From assembly GCA_009914755.4 (NCBI GenBank), contig CP068257.2, positions 29,664,001-29,728,000 on the forward strand: 64,000 bases of DNA, in the 5' to 3' direction. Origin of the DNA: the human T2T-CHM13v2.0 reference genome, Homo sapiens. Positions 60,672-64,000 of this stretch are shown one piece after another (positions within the stretch are counted from its first letter, which is position 1; the number at the start of each line of letters is the position of its first letter). Under the pieces are notes generated by a model. The model was not told the DNA's origin. It searched no databases and saw only the letters and a list, made by a program, of their open reading frames with translations. The translations under genes were made by a program, and so were the position numbers.

Positions 60672-62559
60672 AGAGAAGTGTAGATTCCATCATCTGTCAT
60701 TAATTTCCCTCCCTCAACTCCCTGGCCCATCTTTTACTTGGTCATATCCTTTTGGCAAAAACATCTGGTTAAATCCATCAGACTGCCCAGTTCACACCTG
60801 TACCCAGACAGCTGACTGTGGCTAGAGAAAACAGAAGAAAGCATGCAAACATGTTGGCTGGTCTCACTTTAAATTCCTGACCCCTAATGTCAAGTGTCCC
60901 CTTAAATGCCACTGGCAATCACACCAAAATTCTCTGTCTATTCCCTCACCCACACTCACGAAGTTTATGTCTTCTGCTTTCCTTCCAGATTCCCAACAAT
61001 TTCTTCCCATCTGATGACCTTTTGTTCTACTTCTCTGAGAAAAATGAAGCAATCAGAGAGGACTACCACAAACTTCTAAGACTATATATATTCTCTGGTG
61101 ATCTATCTGCATGCAGGTATATACACTCTACCTTTCTGCCTGTTGATGTAGACAACTATCCATACTCCTCTCTAAAGCCAACCCCTCCACTTGTGATGAG
61201 GTCCAATCTCCACCCCTTGCTCACTCAAGGGCAATGTTTTAGCAATTTTCCTCTCTCTCCTCCACATCATCAAATTATAACTATGAAAATTTGCTGCTTT
61301 CTCCCTCTCCTTTGCAGAAATATTAAAAGAGGCATCTGTATTTGCCATGTTCCCTTATTTTCCCCATTCTCTCTTAAACCCACTCCAGTGCATCTTCCAT
61401 CCAACCACGTGCTGTTCTCAAGGGCACTAATGATCTCCCGGTTTATAAAGCCAATGTTTCTCTCTTGTCTTCATTGTACTTGACCTATTCTATCAGCAGC
61501 ATTTGACACCACTGATTACTCATTCTGCTCTGGTGTACTTTCTTCAATTGCTTCCAAGACACCATAAATTCTTCTGCCTTGCTGGCTGCCTTTGCTGGTT
61601 CCTCCTCTTCTCCCTGACCTCTTAATGTTGGAGAACCACAGGGCTTAGTCCTTGGTCCTCTTCTCTCTTTTCTTTACACTGTGGTCCTCAGTGAGGGAGA
61701 TAGGTAGATCCACTGTCCCGATCTTAACCCAAAGAAAGACTTGCTGTCCAGCTACGGGGGCTGTGGTCAGAAGGCAGCCTCGAGCCTTCAGTTCCTGCAG
61801 GACCTGTCTCAGGGCAGAGGGCGGCATCCCAGGGTAGGCCATATCTGGTGACTGAATGAGGCAGGGATAAAGGACTGGTCATATCAGCCTCTGCAGGACA
61901 AGGATGATGGGCAGTATTAATTCCAGAGCTTCCAGCCAGGTTGTTCTACACCACTGTTTGACTTCTCCACGCGGTCCTGCTTGCTTCCTCTTTCTTTTGC
62001 AGTTCATCTAAATGCCGTCTTCTTGCCTGTTTCTGGAGAAATCAACCTACAACTCTTGGAGATCCCCTCCGGTCTCATGACTGCGAATACTTTCCACATG
62101 CTAACAACTCCCAATGCATGTCTCTAGCCAGTGCTTTTTCCCCTAGACTCCACAATCGAATACCGCACTGTGCACGTACACCCTCTGGGTATCTTCCAGG
62201 TGCCTTTCCCAGCTGAGCTAAGGGCAATTGAACCCTCCCAACTATTCAGACCAAAATACTTGGTGCCATACTTGCCTTCCCTTTCCTTTCACATCCCACA
62301 TCGAATCAGTCGGAAAATTCTGTTGCATCCACTCTCCAAATATGTGCCAATCCAAATCTCTTCTCACCCCTTCCTGCTGCTGCCACTATAATCCGAGCCA
62401 CCATTCTCTACTAGATTACGACAAAACCTCTGAACAAGTCTCCCTGTTTCCACTCTTGTCCTTCTACAATCCATCCTCATCCAGGACCATGGGGATCCTT
62501 TTAAAGTATAAATTAGATCACAGCATTCCTCCGCTCAAGGGGTAAAAGCCAAACTCCCT

Positions 62560-63095
62560 AGAGGGACCCACAAAGCATATCACCCCTCTGGCCTCGTTAT
62601 TACTTCTCTGTCCTCATCTCCTGCTGCTTCTCCCCTTGTTCATGCCACTGAAGCCACACTTGGCCTCCTCGATGTTCCCTGAACTTTCCAGACACACTCC
62701 CTCTTTCTGGAACATTCCAGGTAGGCTGCTAATTTCTTTATATTCTTTTAGTCTTCATTCAAATGGTACCATCTCATCACTATACCCTAATCTACCCCGC
62801 TTACCTCCCAGAACTGCCCACCCACCCAAAGCAGGTCTACTTTGCTTTTTTAAAATATCATTTCCCACTTCCAACACACTGAATCATTAAGTTAAACTTA
62901 ATTAATTCATTTAAAATGAAGACGTAACTCATTACAATTAATAAACAATTATTTATTTTTTAATAGTAATTCACAAAGACAAGGGTCTTTGCCTCTTTTG
63001 ATCACCAAAGTATCCCAAGTACCTAGGACACTGCCTAGCACACAGTAGGACCTAAAAATAAATACATTTGTTGAGTGAACAAATAGTATTTGCTC
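62560..63095 (+). mobile_element. Probable ancient MIR/L2-related repeat (3' part), heavily diverged
   Basis: '...gccacacttggcctcctcgatgttccctgaactttccagacacactccctctttctggaacattcc...' and the terminal 'caagtacctaggacactgcctagcacacagtaggacctaaaaataaatacatttgttgagtgaacaaat'. These resemble remembered MIR/L2 3'-end consensus blocks ('...cctggcacatagtaggcgctcaataaatatttgttgaatgaat'). Confidence 0.4.
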
Positions 63096-63196
63096 TTCAC
63101 AAGATTAGGTTGGCAGAATGAAGCATAAAGGGACAAAAATAAAACAAAGAAAGAAAGAGAAGGTAGGAGACATAGAAAATACAGTGAAAGGGCCGG

Positions 63197-63482
63197 GCAT
63201 GGTGGCTCACGCTTGTAATCCCAGCACTTTGGGAGGCCGAGGCAGGAGGATCACAAAGTCAAGAGTTTGAGACCAGCCAACATAGTGAAATCCTGTCTCT
63301 ACTAAAAATACAAAAATTTAGCAGGGCATGGTGGCGGGTGCCTGTAATCCTAGCTATTCAGGAGGCTGAGGCAGGAGAATTGCTTGAACCCGGGAGGCAG
63401 AGGTTGCAACAAGTCGAGATCACACCATTGCACACCACCTGGGAGACAGTCCACAACTCTGTCAAAAGAGAAAAAGAAAGAA
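63197..63482 (+). mobile_element. Alu SINE (sense) whose tail has mutated into a (GGAA)n STR
   Basis: 'gggccgggcatggtggctcacgcttgtaatcccagcactttgggaggccgaggcaggaggatcacaaagtcaagagtttgagaccagccaacatagtgaaatcctgtctc...ggttgcaacaagtcgagatcacaccattgcacaccacctgggagacag'. Confidence 0.93.
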
Positions 63483-63485
63483 AAA

Positions 63486-63559
63486 GGAAGGAAGGAAGGA
63501 AGGAAGGAAGGAAGGAAGGAAGGAAGGAAGGAAGGAAGGAAGGAAGGGAGGGAGGGAGG
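63486..63559. repeat. (GGAA)~15 tetranucleotide microsatellite followed by (GGGA)3
   Basis: 'ggaaggaaggaaggaaggaaggaaggaaggaaggaaggaaggaaggaaggaaggaaggaagggagggagggagg'. Confidence 0.97.
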
Positions 63560-64000
63560 AAAGACAATGAAAGGATGTAATATGAAGAAAAAAGAGAACT
63601 GGACTGAAGAGATACAGGTTGGAAATTTCCCAAAATGCAAAAAAGATACCAACCCATAGATTCAAGAAGTCCTACAAACCCTGAACAGAATAAATAAAAA
63701 TATATTTACACCTAGACATGTCATAGTGGAACTGGAAAGCCAAAGGCAGAGAGAAAAACCATAAAAGCAACAAGAAGGAGACTGATGAGCTATTGTACTA
63801 AGAAGCAACAATTAGGCAGAGAGCCGACTTCTCAGCAAGAACAGATGCCAGAAGATAATGAACTGGTATCTTCTAAGTGTTTGAAGAAAATCACCGCCAA
63901 CTGAGAATTCTATATGCAGCAGAAATAAAGATAATTTAAGACGGACAGAAGTATAATAATAATAATAATAATTAACAATAATGTCTTAGATGTTTAGAAT

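Noticed and set aside
60887-61483. Longest ORF in the window (198 aa, +) and neighbouring ORFs at 62131-62890
   Set aside because: Ser/Leu/Pro/Phe-rich with no charged-residue balance. It starts inside what looks like an ancient diverged interspersed repeat (MIR/L2-like region 62560-63095 nearby). A single uninterrupted ~600-nt ORF is expected by chance in 64 kb of AT-moderate DNA. No splice or poly-A context supports it.
63338-63665. Cluster of overlapping ORFs encoding (KEGR)n or (PSFL)n peptides
   Set aside because: Pure translation of the (GGAA)n microsatellite and flanking Alu in several frames. It is a low-complexity artefact.

Overview
The window is primate (almost certainly human) nuclear DNA, not a prokaryotic locus. 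It is an interspersed-repeat-dense, apparently non-coding stretch of the kind found in introns or intergenic regions.

What I could recognise by eye:
- About 44 Alu SINE copies or fragments on both strands. Many show intact target-site duplications (TSDs) and A-rich tails that have grown into microsatellites.
- Several L1 3' end fragments, at roughly 912-1470, 22950-24185, 32213-32475, 33690-34130 and 55780-56240.
- Three ERVL-MaLR type solo LTRs (THE1/MST-like), at about 3652, 54081 and 60097.
- One Tigger-family palindromic MITE (31922-32867) carrying a three-level nested insertion.
- Probable MIR/L2-like ancient repeats.
- Several simple repeats: (GT)n(GA)n, (GGAA)n, (ATT)n and (ATTT)n.
- A recently expanded 41-bp minisatellite with 3 copies.

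The only candidate regulatory element is a non-repetitive CpG island at about 47380-48190. It looks like an unmethylated promoter, possibly bidirectional.

No protein-coding gene can be supported. Every ORF in the six-frame track is at most 198 aa. Nearly all of them are Alu, L1 or microsatellite read-through, or low-complexity GC-rich noise.

I found nothing resembling a novel defence or biosynthetic 'system'. The unusual structures I did find are listed as findings below.

Family and subfamily names were assigned from memory of consensus sequences without running RepeatMasker, so they are approximate. Coordinates are hand-counted and may be off by a few bases.
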